Assembly (NCBI GenBank): GCA_000182565.2 | Contig: KQ257455.1 | Source of the DNA: Spizellomyces punctatus DAOM BR117 | Taxonomy: Eukaryota | Strand: one strand, 5' to 3' | DNA: 64,000 bases | Shown: piece after piece, positions 1 to 10,778 of the stretch | Layout of the letters: every line of letters starts with the position of its first letter | Position numbering within the stretch: the stretch's first letter is position 1 | Made by a program: the position numbers and the translations under genes | The notes under the pieces: generated by a model | Database searches by the model: none | What the model was told of the DNA's origin: nothing | The model's input: only the letters and a program-made list of their open reading frames with translations

Positions 1-835
1 GGAACAGCGGGAGGCCATCCTGGCAGCTCAATACGACGATTACGACGACGAGTGAGTTCAACCTGACTGACATGCAATTGGCTAGTGTCATCTAATCACC
101 TGGATTGAAACCAGGTACGACGATACATATGACGCAAGCGAGATCAAACTGGCTGGCACCATCGAGCTTCACCTCGTTGATGAGGAAGAAGGGGTGGTTG
201 AAGACGGAAGGCCACGGCAGGCAGTGCCAGTGGACGAACCATCAGATCCATTTGCAAAGCATGAAGCCGAGCTCGTAGCGATATACCAGAGTGATCGACA
301 ATTATTTGATAAATCCCAGCGGAAAAGCCCAAAGAGACTCGAGCTGAGGAAACGAACTGGATATTCGGATGAACAGCTGGAAGGCTGGTTCACCATGTTT
401 GAACGAAATGTATGTAAAGTTCATTCTCCGAAGTCGACAGAACTAGATACTGACTTGAGGATACAGCCACGAAAGAACAGAATTTTAGAAAAATATGCAT
501 GGCGGGGTAACAGAGCTGGTGATGTAGAGGAGGCGCGCGGTGCGCCAGATCAGATTCGAAGTCCGCAACATGGAAATGGTTCATCAAACAACATAGATCG
601 AGAGGAACGGGCAGGGCAAGGAGGAACAAGTACTGGAAATCGGGGGAGCGCTGGCGATTCTGTACAGGGAAAACGGGGTGCAGGTGTCGGGCGGGATGGA
701 ACAGGGTTTCCCCATGGCGCGCCCTTGGAACGACAACGGGCACGGAAGGAAAAGAACAAAGGGCGTGGGGCTAATCATAGCAGAAAAGACGGCCATGCGA
801 GAAAATTGGGACGCGGCATGGGTGGGCCGTTGTAA
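1..835 (+). CDS. 3' part of ASCC2/Cue3-like (ASC-1 complex subunit 2 / RQT complex) gene; 5' end outside window
   Basis: Spliced reading gives YDDYDDE|YDDTYD, then RKSPKRLELRKRTGYSDEQLEGWFTMFERN|PRK and C-terminal RARKEKNKGRGANHSRK, matching the conserved ASCC2/Cue3 C-terminus. Two GT-AG introns. Confidence 0.8.
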
Positions 836-926
836 TTACTGAGAGTTGCAAGCACAAAGGAAGCGGAACGCATCAACGCGCTTGTGTATCCATTTTGTAA
901 AATATAATCGCAATCAGCCTGTCGTT

Positions 927-1500
927 CTACAGTGTCGAGATGGAATTCAATGGAACCATATACTCGCTATCACGACGCCTAGTGCGTTGCCGGCGCGCAG
1001 CCATATACCGCCAAAGAAGGTCGCAAAACATTGCGGTAACTAGACCCGTACACATCCCGTAAAGGTTTGCCTAGTAGCACACATATGTATAAAGATCTAG
1101 AGTCCAGATAGTTTGAGCCAATTTGCAACCTACCAATATGTCCTTTCCATCAAAGTTCCGATACGGTAGGAGTCCTTGAATGATTTCACTTCCACCGGCC
1201 AGAGTCAGCATACAGACTGCTGTCATTCCAGCATTTTTCAAGATTGTTGGAAATTCAAAAATAAAATACACAACAAGGGTCAAGAGTGCAAAACTCGTGA
1301 AATGAAGAAGTTTGTCATTATTGCGAAAAACTCTAGGTATGTATGGTGCGACAGACGAAGAAGGATTCTAAGATGCACTCCACATGTTAGGGTTGTAAGA
1401 TAGAACACACCTGAGAACGAACTGGCAATGCCCTCACCAAGCCCAGAATGGCAAGTACGCCCAAGAGGAAGATGCATAAAATGGCACAACTGAAGCGCAT
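927..1500 (-). CDS. VanZ-like family small membrane protein (spliced)
   Basis: MRFSCAILCIFLLGVLAILG..., later GSEIIQGLLPYRNFDGKDIL|ANLYG, the SE.IQ.LLP.R.FD..DI.AN motif of VanZ-like proteins. Stop TAG at 927-929. Confidence 0.75.
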
Positions 1501-1695
1501 TGAATTGGGCCCTAACGGCCGCTGCTTCCAGACGTGCAACGCCTGCTCTACGGAAGCCAACAAAGAAGGATGGATGCCCGCATACACGCCGCAGCTGGAA
1601 AGCCGACAAGACAGGCGAACGGTTTCGTAAGCCATGACGCACGTGATACAGTTGCTTTGGAAGATCCAAGTGGAAATAGGTTGTCGATCTCGGCC

Positions 1696-2728
1696 ATGTT
1701 TCCATTACTTGACGCTGCACTGAATTGGTCTTCTACGCCCTCCCCTTCATCCTCGGTTGATCAGTCGGCTGGTCGCTTTGTTCTTATAACCGATGTAGTC
1801 CGAGCAGATGGGTCATTCCTCCTGCACCACTTTATTGGCCGACATTTACGCATTGAGGAAGGGCCTGGGTGGAATGTGGTGCTTGTGGGACTAGCACAGG
1901 CATTCAATCACTATCTGCTAATTGGCAAGAAGCTGGTATAACGAGAAATCTGTATTGCTTCATGACTCTGAGTTTGACGCCACGAAATAATTGTAGGGTG
2001 TGAACCTCACGAGTTACGAGCGGAAGGGTCGTTTTGCCTTTCTGGACGGGCTATCCAATGTACGAGCCGCGTCTGGGCCGTTTGCTAATACAAATGCCAA
2101 AGGACCAACTTCCATACAACAATCAGCGAAGCGCTATCCTGATGTGCAAAACTTATTCGCAAACATATTAGCAGCCGTGTCATCAAGAGTTCAAGATGGG
2201 TCGAAACCCTGCATAGTTATCGACGATCTGACGATGTTGCTGTATTCTGGGGCACCATTAGTAGACCTTCTGACGTTCATAAGTAGCTTGAACGCATACG
2301 TCGGGCAGGTAAGAAAACTGCATTTCCGATCCGTTCGACAGCGGTGACTGCCCGGGGTATGTACCCATTCTCTTTTCTCCATAGCATAACGGATGCTTGG
2401 TGGTTCTGGTACACAACGATACATCCAGCGGAGATGTAAGGCAAGCTGCGATGTGCAAGTCGCTCAGCCATCTGGCCGACTATGTCTTGGAGGTACAAGG
2501 GTTGGAGAGTGGAGCTACACAAGGGCTTCATGGTCAGGTATGAGCTATGTCAGAGTATATCCCTACCCTTGTAATCGACCTGATGATTTTGCCTCTGTTG
2601 GTCAGCTCACATTGGGGCGAGGACCCCCGCTGAACGACACAAGCTTTTCTCCTCACGTGCTGCACTACAGATTGGCAGATGCTGGCGTACAATTCTTCAA
2701 GAAAGGATACTCTACCGGTGTTCTGTAA
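1696..2728 (+). CDS. ELP6: Elongator complex subunit 6
   Basis: FVLITDVVRADGSFLLHHFI, HYLLIGKKL|GVNL, CIVIDDL, LAHLADYVLEVQGLESGATQG..GQL and LHYRLADAGVQFF are ELP6 RecA-like motifs. Spliced. Confidence 0.85.
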
Positions 2729-2802
2729 ATATCATGCCACTAGTTATTTGCACCCAATCATCCACCATCGGCGGTCATCATAATTTTGTTGAAAACAATC
2801 TA

Positions 2803-4439
2803 TTAAGGCTGAGATACGATCGAATCTCGTGACGCCTCGCTGCGTGCGGAAGAATACATGTTTGCTTCTGCATAGCACTCTGTGCAAACACGCACGCCGA
2901 TATCTAATCGCGAGCATTTCCAACAAATGACCCGACCACATTGCCTGTGTGCAAAGGATGCACTTTCAGTCATGATCACGTTGGATACCGTTTATCACGT
3001 GGTTAACGTTACCTGCAATGATGCTTTCGAATCATCATGCTGAATTTTGTTGTTTGACAGATCATGCAAACGGTAGCCTAGGTATGGCGGTAAGGCATTG
3101 TGTGCAAAACGTTTGCAATATTGCCTGCACACATACCTCATGATCGGGTATCCATGGCACTGCCACCGACTCCACGCTGCTCACCGTGGACATACTGACT
3201 TTGCGATCCACGACAGTTCCCCTCTTGTTGCTTGCAAAGTCAACACCTTGCCAGAGTTTGAAAAGATTCCATTCAGATAGCGACGATTGTGACGCGTTTG
3301 AATGCCTTCGTCGTCGTTGTCGCGCCTCCCATGCATGAGTTTCGGCTACTGCCCTTCGTGCAACCGCTATCCATTCGTCTCTCTTGGCGTTTGAGTCAAA
3401 CCCAACGCGCAATGACTGGGTTGGCGTCTCTATATCCACCAACGCGTAATCTATATTTACCCAGATTTTAGAACAACAGTTTGTTGAAACAATAACGATC
3501 GCCTCCTCCTGCTTCCCTACCAGTATCATCAACGGCCATAACCTCCAAATCTGCCAACAACAGAATCGTCTGCCGATCATATGCATTCGCAAGATGATCA
3601 GTCGCCACTTGCCCCAGTGGGGTACCGTATATTAGCATATCGCTTAAAAGGAAGAGCTATCGAAATTCATTCACATTAACAGAGGAGTACAGGTCGGAGG
3701 CGCAAATTTTATGGAACATACTCTTCGCGGTTCGCTATACCGCTCGTCGCCATCTATCCGAACTTTGTAAACCACATCGTCTCTAAGAAAGATACGTGTG
3801 CCTACCAGTGGCTTGAACCAATTCAGCAGTCAGATAAGTTCCTTTGGATATTTCTTTTCAAATTCTCCTCACCTTTCCTAGAAAGAAGAATTCGATTTCG
3901 GCGAGCTTATGTATGTTCTCAAATGTCTGAACAGGATTCGGAGGTCGGCGAAACACAGTTCGCACACTATATTCCGTTCTGTCCTCGAACTCATCGTTCA
4001 AGGATGGTAGGGACGATAGAGAAGGTCTTGAGCGTGTTGGTCTCCGTACAGCATAGGATTTTGCAGAACGATGAGGAACGGCAGCTAGGCCAAAGCGAGC
4101 GGAAAAGGGTGGGGCAAGTGTGATGGAGTCATTGCTTCCTTTTCTTGAAGCAGCTTGAGATTTAGTGGTACTTCGTGGGGCTCGAGAGTGTAAGCTTGAG
4201 GTCGAAGGTAGGAGACTGTTATCGGCTTTTTTCGCGGAATGTTCGTCGGCGCTTGCTGTGCCAATACCAGCATTACTTCGCGACCGCTGGTTTTCGTGTA
4301 AGATGTCGTGTTGAGGTATGGGGTTCGATATTTGGATTCTCCCTCGTTTGGTTTCTTGTTTGTGCCCAAAAGCTTGATAAAGCAGGTCGTACGCTGTAGT
4401 ACTTTCCTTTTTCCCGTGGCTTTCCGTGGACGCGAGCAT
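2803..4439 (-). CDS. PH + FYVE domain protein (FGD/phafin-like, no full DH domain seen); start codon uncertain
   Basis: PH tail (FDSNAKRDEWIAVARRAV), then WIPDHE|ATVCMICQTTKFSMMIRKHHCR|QCGRVICWKCS...RVCTECY (FYVE WxxD, RKHHCR, RVC). Stop TAA at 2803-2805. Confidence 0.75.
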
Positions 4440-5095
4440 TATCGCAAAGCGTCAAAACTTAGCGTTGGAGAGAGCAGGTGCGGAGTCGGAATAAGCACGA
4501 CTGAAAGGAATGTCCACCAACCCTCTTGAAATCGGGAAAACCCTCCTGCTGAGAGATTTGTGAACGTTGGAACGTCATGGCTGCTGTTGGTAGGTCACGT
4601 GACATAGGTAAGCGATCGGCGTTCAGATCGACCTGCTTTCTGAGCGATCGTTTCGCAGCATCTTTAGCGAGTTGCATGTTCGCAGGACCTTTCACAGTCA
4701 TTATCGGTAGGTCACGACTGGAATTGCGACCATCTTTTGAATTTTGTTTTTGTGTTATCGTGATTCCCATTCCGAAAACCACGCAGGACACACGGTTCAA
4801 GAACCTGTGGCGCTTGTAACGGCTCCAATCGGACACCTCCCCAAGACTTTCCAACTGTTGCATCGCAGATACAGCAGCATATGTCAGCTCTTGGCATCAG
4901 CCAGTTCCCCACCGCCCTTTGAATCGTAAAGCTCCCCTTTCGTCAATACCCTCAAACTTTAACAAGTCACACGAGAAAGCCACACAGCCTCTTGACGTAA
5001 GCAGATGGACCGCCGCCAAGGATATAACTTCGGTGCCCCAGAATGTCGTCGCCTCACCATCTTTCAACTATCTTTGTTATACTGAATCGGTGATC

Positions 5096-6418
5096 ATGGC
5101 TTCTTCTGCAATATCTTTTCCTGGTGCGACATGCACAGTCATCTCCTCAGCTGGCGGTGCCCCCAAGTCACTCGGTACGGGATCTCTGCGCGTAACGCAA
5201 GATCTGTCGTTGGCATCCACGGTGCTTTCAACGCAGACCTGGTCATTGACCATTCCACCAACGGCGCCGCTAACAAAACTCTCAAATGGTATATATTTGG
5301 TACATCTACCCCCTACCTCCAAGCTGGACACAACTGCAGCCGCTGGTGCTTCTCCCTATGTTTTTCCGAATGACGGAGCAACGCTACGTATTGAACTGGG
5401 GCCAAAGTATGACAGTGATTCCGTTGCGCTTCTTGAAGCACTTTTTGCCGACGACAGTCCGGGTCCACAACGGCATCCATCCGAACAGCCTCGAAATAGC
5501 CTGGCGTTGGTGGACGAGCATGGCCAGGTGGTAGGCGTGGTTGCAGAAGGCTTGGAAATGGAGGGACAAGGAGATGCTCTACCAGCGTACAACAAGGATG
5601 AAGCTGTTGTTATCGAACTCAGCAGCCTTCCTACCGTTCCTCTTCCTGGGGATGAGCAACAAGAGGAGACGCTACCAGTAAGGGTTAAAGTGCTCCGCGA
5701 TGCATCATCCGGGATGCTATCCACCAGCGAATATATTTCATCCGGTCTTATTCTCACGTCATCTGCCCTTGGTAAAGTGATGAAAAGCGGCGCACAGTCT
5801 CTGAAAACCTTGATTCCTGTTGCTGCGGCCCCTTGGGAGCCCGATGCCACCACGAAAAAGAATATTGAAAAGGTTCATAACGCCAGCAAAAGTACGGCAG
5901 ACTTCACACGTCGTGCGGCCGAGACCGTCGCAACAGTGGCAGTTTCTGCGGGAAAGACAGTGGCCTCCAGTGCCTCAAAGCTGGTACCTGGTTCCAATCA
6001 CATTGGTGACTCGCGAACAGGATCTGCTTCGTGGGATTTGCTCAGAACGACGGTACATGCCGTTGGAAATGTTCTCGATGCGGGTGTGCATGCGGGAAAG
6101 ACTCTCTTTGATGATACCGTAGAAGCTGCATCCGGTCTTGTCCAGCATCGATACGGAGGCGAAGCAGGGAATGCCGTGCGGCTGTCTCTGGGGGCAGTGG
6201 GAAATGTGGGTCTGGTATATTTTGATGCAAGAGGTATCGGACGGCGAGCTCTCCTAAAGCACGTTGCCAAAGGAGTTGTCATGAACGTTAGGTTGACAGA
6301 TGGTAGAGTTGTTAGCTTGGGTCAGAATACTAGTGAACCCAGTAGAGTATCTGGGCAGGTTCCCGTTGTTTCGGCTAAGGTGCATCCACAAAATTCTTGT
6401 AGCAGCACGAAGAAGTAA
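5096..6418 (+). CDS. Senescence/spartin-associated domain protein (intronless)
   Basis: Single long ORF. C-terminal LVQHRYGGEAG...LGAVGNVGLVYFDARGIGRRALLK is typical of the fungal senescence (spartin C-terminal) domain. Confidence 0.8.
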   Translation: MASSAISFPGATCTVISSAGGAPKSLGTGSLRVTQDLSLASTVLSTQTWSLTIPPTAPLTKLSNGIYLVHLPPTSKLDTTAAAGASPYVFPNDGATLRIELGPKYDSDSVALLEALFADDSPGPQRHPSEQPRNSLALVDEHGQVVGVVAEGLEMEGQGDALPAYNKDEAVVIELSSLPTVPLPGDEQQEETLPVRVKVLRDASSGMLSTSEYISSGLILTSSALGKVMKSGAQSLKTLIPVAAAPWEPDATTKKNIEKVHNASKSTADFTRRAAETVATVAVSAGKTVASSASKLVPGSNHIGDSRTGSASWDLLRTTVHAVGNVLDAGVHAGKTLFDDTVEAASGLVQHRYGGEAGNAVRLSLGAVGNVGLVYFDARGIGRRALLKHVAKGVVMNVRLTDGRVVSLGQNTSEPSRVSGQVPVVSAKVHPQNSCSSTKK

Positions 6419-6601
6419 TTTAAAGGCAATGTCGGTCGGGTAGTAATTACTGCAAAAAGTTTATCAAATTGTACAACACCCAAAGAATATGTAGAGTCAA
6501 CTATACAAATTTATACCGCTAAATGCCTCCAAACTAACCTCCCATTCCTCTCGATTTTTGATTCTGCAAGAAATTTGCTGTCCTCGGAATGCAGGACGCT
6601 A

Positions 6602-7112
6602 TTATTCTGGAATTCTCGAAGTGGGGATTTCAACTGGACGACCCTCCTCCCAATCCTCCTCGTCTGGAACAGGCATCTCTTCCACAGGCGGTCTCTCCTC
6701 GAGATCACCTGGGGGCTGATCAGGACGATCAGGTTCTGGACCAGGGCGAGGCAGTGGCGGCTGGTTCCTCGGATTCCTGTCTGGAGGAGGTGGAGGAGGG
6801 AGCTCGTCCGGATGAAGTGGATGCGGATATTCTGGTGGAGCGGAAGACACAGGAGGCTTTGGTAGTTCTTCGGGGACGCCCCGAGGAGGTTTTGGAGGAC
6901 CCGGTATTGGATCTAGCCGAGACGTACGGATAATGAACAGACGCTGTAATAAAGGTGGCACTCAGAGCGACTCGTGAAAACCTACCAGGCACTTTAGCAA
7001 ACGGCTTTCCTCTTGCAAGGGTTCTATTTCTGCCTGCTACCTGTCTGAGCGAGAGCGCAATTGCAGTAACACGCGACGCCGGACGGTTTTTGAAGGGTAA
7101 GTACTCAAGCAT
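6602..7112 (-). CDS. Hypothetical ~137-aa Pro/Glu-rich protein (two exons: 7112-7041 and 6943-6602)
   Basis: Open Pro-rich frame 6602-6961 lacks an ATG. Acceptor TTTATTACAG ending at 6944 and donor CAG|GTAGCA at 7040 join it in phase 0 to ATG 7112. Confidence 0.4.
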
Positions 7113-7265
7113 GCTGCATGCAACATTCAATGACAAGATCGCTGGAAGACAACTCGTGCCCTTGGACAGGCTTTACGTAATGCCATCACGTGGCCACATC
7201 GACTGTAAGTCTCTGGGACCTTGCGTTCGAGAGCAGCAAATCAACCATCGCACCCTTAAAACAAA

Positions 7266-8579
7266 ATGGATGTTGCAGAGAACATTCCACGGAAGCGAGC
7301 ACGAACGGAAGAGGAAACAGAGGAGCGTCGAGGAACACCTCAAAATGGCGAAACTAGATCCGATTCAAGCGCTGCAAACAAAGACACAACACACGTTCGC
7401 ACTTCCCAAAACCTTTCCGTATATCCCAATTCTGTTTCCCGACTTGAACCAAGCATATTTGGAAAAAAGCCCGAAGAAGATATTGTTTTGACTGTGTCAA
7501 ATTTTATCTGGCGAAACATTAGTGGGGGGAAAAGTGGGGCTCACCTCGAGGTATGATCAGGCGTGCTGCATGATACTGGAAGCTGCTGCCTTTCCTTAGT
7601 GTATCCCAATCTCTGCAATTGAGACGTTGATTCTTGATGGCGTACTTGCTAGATAGAAGGGAAACTCGGATTGATTATTGATAAGGAAACCGGCGATCGG
7701 ATACGATTGCCAGTGTCCTCCGAAACCGGTACGCTCTTTCAGATCTTCACAGGCCGCAATTTGCCTCACGCTTTGGCGTTTTTGAATAGTCATCATCAAT
7801 AATGGACAATTCCGATTTGACTCGAATATGACGATGGTGAGGCGCTGCAAGGCCATGATTTGTCGCGCTGGTTGCTGGCAGCTGAGTCCTAGCATCTGGT
7901 TCTCAAGGCTCAGCACGCCCACTTCAACCGTATATTAAACGCCGTGGTGCAAAGACCAGGATCAAGGACTCGCTATGTACATACCAAGGAGGTCGATCAT
8001 TACTACCAGCAAGGATCACAGAAGATTCGAGTCTCAGCAGATCAGAAAAGTGGTCAGGTAACGCAATGAATTTTCGTGCATGAGTACCATAATGTGCTTA
8101 AGCTGGTTCTAACTTTTCAAAACAGGTTAAGGAAGTGCTAACTAAGCAACGAATAGCAGATTTGGAAGTTCATCTCCCCAATTCCCACTTGGACTTCAGA
8201 ATATCTATCAGTCTTGAAATACCCGCTCAAAGACCTCCAAAAGATTCACACTCAAAATTCAGACGGCAAAAAGATAGGTTGTCATATTCGCATGAGGCCT
8301 TTCGAGTTGACCTTACCCAAGTACGGCAATACAATGTAGGTTGACGGACGAGGTTTTATTTCATTATAGCTTGCTGACATTTCGGTATAAAAGGATCGCG
8401 ATATGGAGATAGATGTATCGCACGAGGTCGAAGTCGAATTCATACGGGCGACAGAGTTGCTGGTGGAAAAAGAGAAACGGCAGAAACAACAGCAAAACAA
8501 CTTTGCTGACTATGTTGACATTTTTCTCAATAATCTCCGGTACTTGAGCCGGAAAGCTATACCCCATAATGTGGGGTGA
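7266..8579 (+). CDS. CET1: mRNA capping RNA 5'-triphosphatase (Cet1/Pct1, triphosphate tunnel metalloenzyme)
   Basis: Motif A HLE|IEGKLG, DFRISISLE, RQKDRLSYSHEAFRVDLTQV, motif C HEVEVEF, FLNNLRYL. Confidence 0.9.
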
Positions 8580-8644
8580 CTCGTGGGAAAGATAATATAT
8601 AATTCCTACGTGGAATTTCTATTTACAAGCACAGCTGCGTCAGA

Positions 8645-10493
8645 TTATTTACGGTTGCGCTCCTGCAAGGAATATTCATGAATAAGCTCCTCCACATTCG
8701 CTGCACTACTTGCAATATCTCCCACATCTATATGCTCTGTATAATGATGCAGGTTCGCCTATAGGCAGGGTTATCAATAGTGTAGACGAATAAGTGCGCT
8801 CTGGCACCCGGGAGCTTACCTTTCGTCTGTATAACTTTTTGAACCGCAGGTGCAGGTCAGAGAAGCTCTGCCGTACACAGCAGTTGTTGGCAAGACTAAG
8901 CAAACAATAAGGCTGATGTGCAACCCCATATTACTGCTTGAACAAGCAACATGAATGAGATTTTGGACTTTACCTGTGTGACTGGAGGTACAGAGCAAAG
9001 ACCAGTTTTCCAGCCCTCCTGATTCCAAGGTACAAATGTCAGATGGGACGCCATTCTGTTGGCAGGCCAAGTACCTAGGTCAGCAACAAGTGACACACAA
9101 TAAGGATATCACGCACGCTTTACCTTTCTACGTTGCGCCGCAGGTCAGAAATCTCAATATTTCCTCTGGCAATAAGTGCGCAGGCAAGATAACTGATCCT
9201 AATGAATATCCAATACATTTCAACTGACTAACGCAAATCAAGAGTGCTTACGTGCTCGCCTTGGGATCTGCTCTGATGAGCTGACTTTCCCTACTGAAAG
9301 CATCGATAAACATCTGATCAAGCCTAGTGTGCGGGTTAGGAGCCGCTTTCTATGGATGGTGAACGATGATCCAGGCCATTTAACGCATTACCTTCGCGGT
9401 GGCGGTTTCACATTCGCCAAGGTATATAACGGTGTCATGCTTGATATAAGAAACTTGAGCCGCGGGAACGGTACCAAATTTGTCACGATATCATTGATGT
9501 CAACGTTCATCGTTCCTTCAAATCGCATCGAACTGATGGAGAGACTTCAGATTGGAATACCTTTATATTGGGCGCAGTCCTACCCACCTTGTCATATTCA
9601 TCAGTAGATTGGCAGCGATGTTGTTCATCGCATCGAACGGGTGGGACTTTCGGGGGCCCAAGCCGCACATTCCCCCGAATGTACTATTACCGCTATCTGT
9701 GATAGCACTTTTCTTTTGTCTATTCGAAGGACCTTGAGTTTGTGCTATCACTCGTTCGTAAATGTCCAATAAAGCTTGATTTTCCATTGGTAAAACGCAG
9801 TCAGCTGTGTCAATGAGTTTCGAAAGTGACAGAATACTATGAATTGAATTGTCAGTTTACACTCTGTAAAATGATCTTGAAACCGGAAATAAAAGACATC
9901 GATCATCCCCACCTGTTATAAGGTGATGTTACGACGTCGTCGTTCTCACTCGGGCTGACGGTTGCGTAGAATCTATAGACCTCTGGAAATTCATCTTGAA
10001 GCATCGCGCATATATATGAACCCAGGCCAGATCCCGTCCCTCCTCCAAGAGATCCGATCATGAAGAAGGACTGTAGGGCATCACAATACTCGGCCTGTCG
10101 CCGCACACCTTCCAAAATGGCATCCCGATACTCAGGACCGTACAAGCAGTGTCCCACTGCCCAGTTATTCCCGCTCCCGGAATGGCTGGTTATTTGCTGT
10201 TCGTCGTCAAATAGCTCGCTGAGGGGACTTTTGCGGATTTGGTTCACAACTCCCTCTTCCATATCTATGAGAAGTCCTCTGCCTTTCAGACCGGTGATCT
10301 TCTTTTGACCATCGCCGACGGGGATGTTGCGAGCTCCGCGCTTCTCATTGACGTTCCGAAAAAAAGTTGCCAGAGCATCATCATACACTCCTTTCCTGTT
10401 GTACTTCGCGTGTTCTTGCAGTACCATGTCCCAGAATCGGCTGCCAATTTGGTTCCCGCATTGTCCAACTTGAATAACTATCGAGTTCGGCAT
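8645..10493 (-). CDS. TUBE1: Epsilon-tubulin
   Basis: MPNSIVIQVGQCGNQIG, LIDMEEGVV, SGSGNNWAVGH, GGGTGSGLG, DDVVTSPYN, FDAMNNIAANLLMNMT are epsilon-tubulin-specific signatures. Multi-exon. Confidence 0.95.
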
Positions 10494-10778
10494 TGCCGCT
10501 CTCGGTGCGAGAGCTCCTTATCCTTCACTGCGACGCCACTGCATCAGTGAGTGACAATGGGTTCCAAAACAATGTAGATCATCATGGACGCGACAGCCTT
10601 TTCTCTGGTCAAGATGTGCCCTACGCTGCGCACACCAACCTCTACTGCTCGCACCTCACACCTACAAAGTTTTCACAGAAACCGGCTCGCTCGCCTTATC
10701 AGAATAAGATATATAATTCACCTTACTACATCCATTACACTCTACTTCTAGATCATGTTACAGTATTTGATTTGATTA

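Noticed and set aside
4459-4863. 134-aa minus-strand ORF as 5' exon of the FYVE gene
   Set aside because: No splice combination found that joins it in frame to the 4439 ORF (in-frame TGA at 4452-4454), and it contains a promoter-type palindrome.
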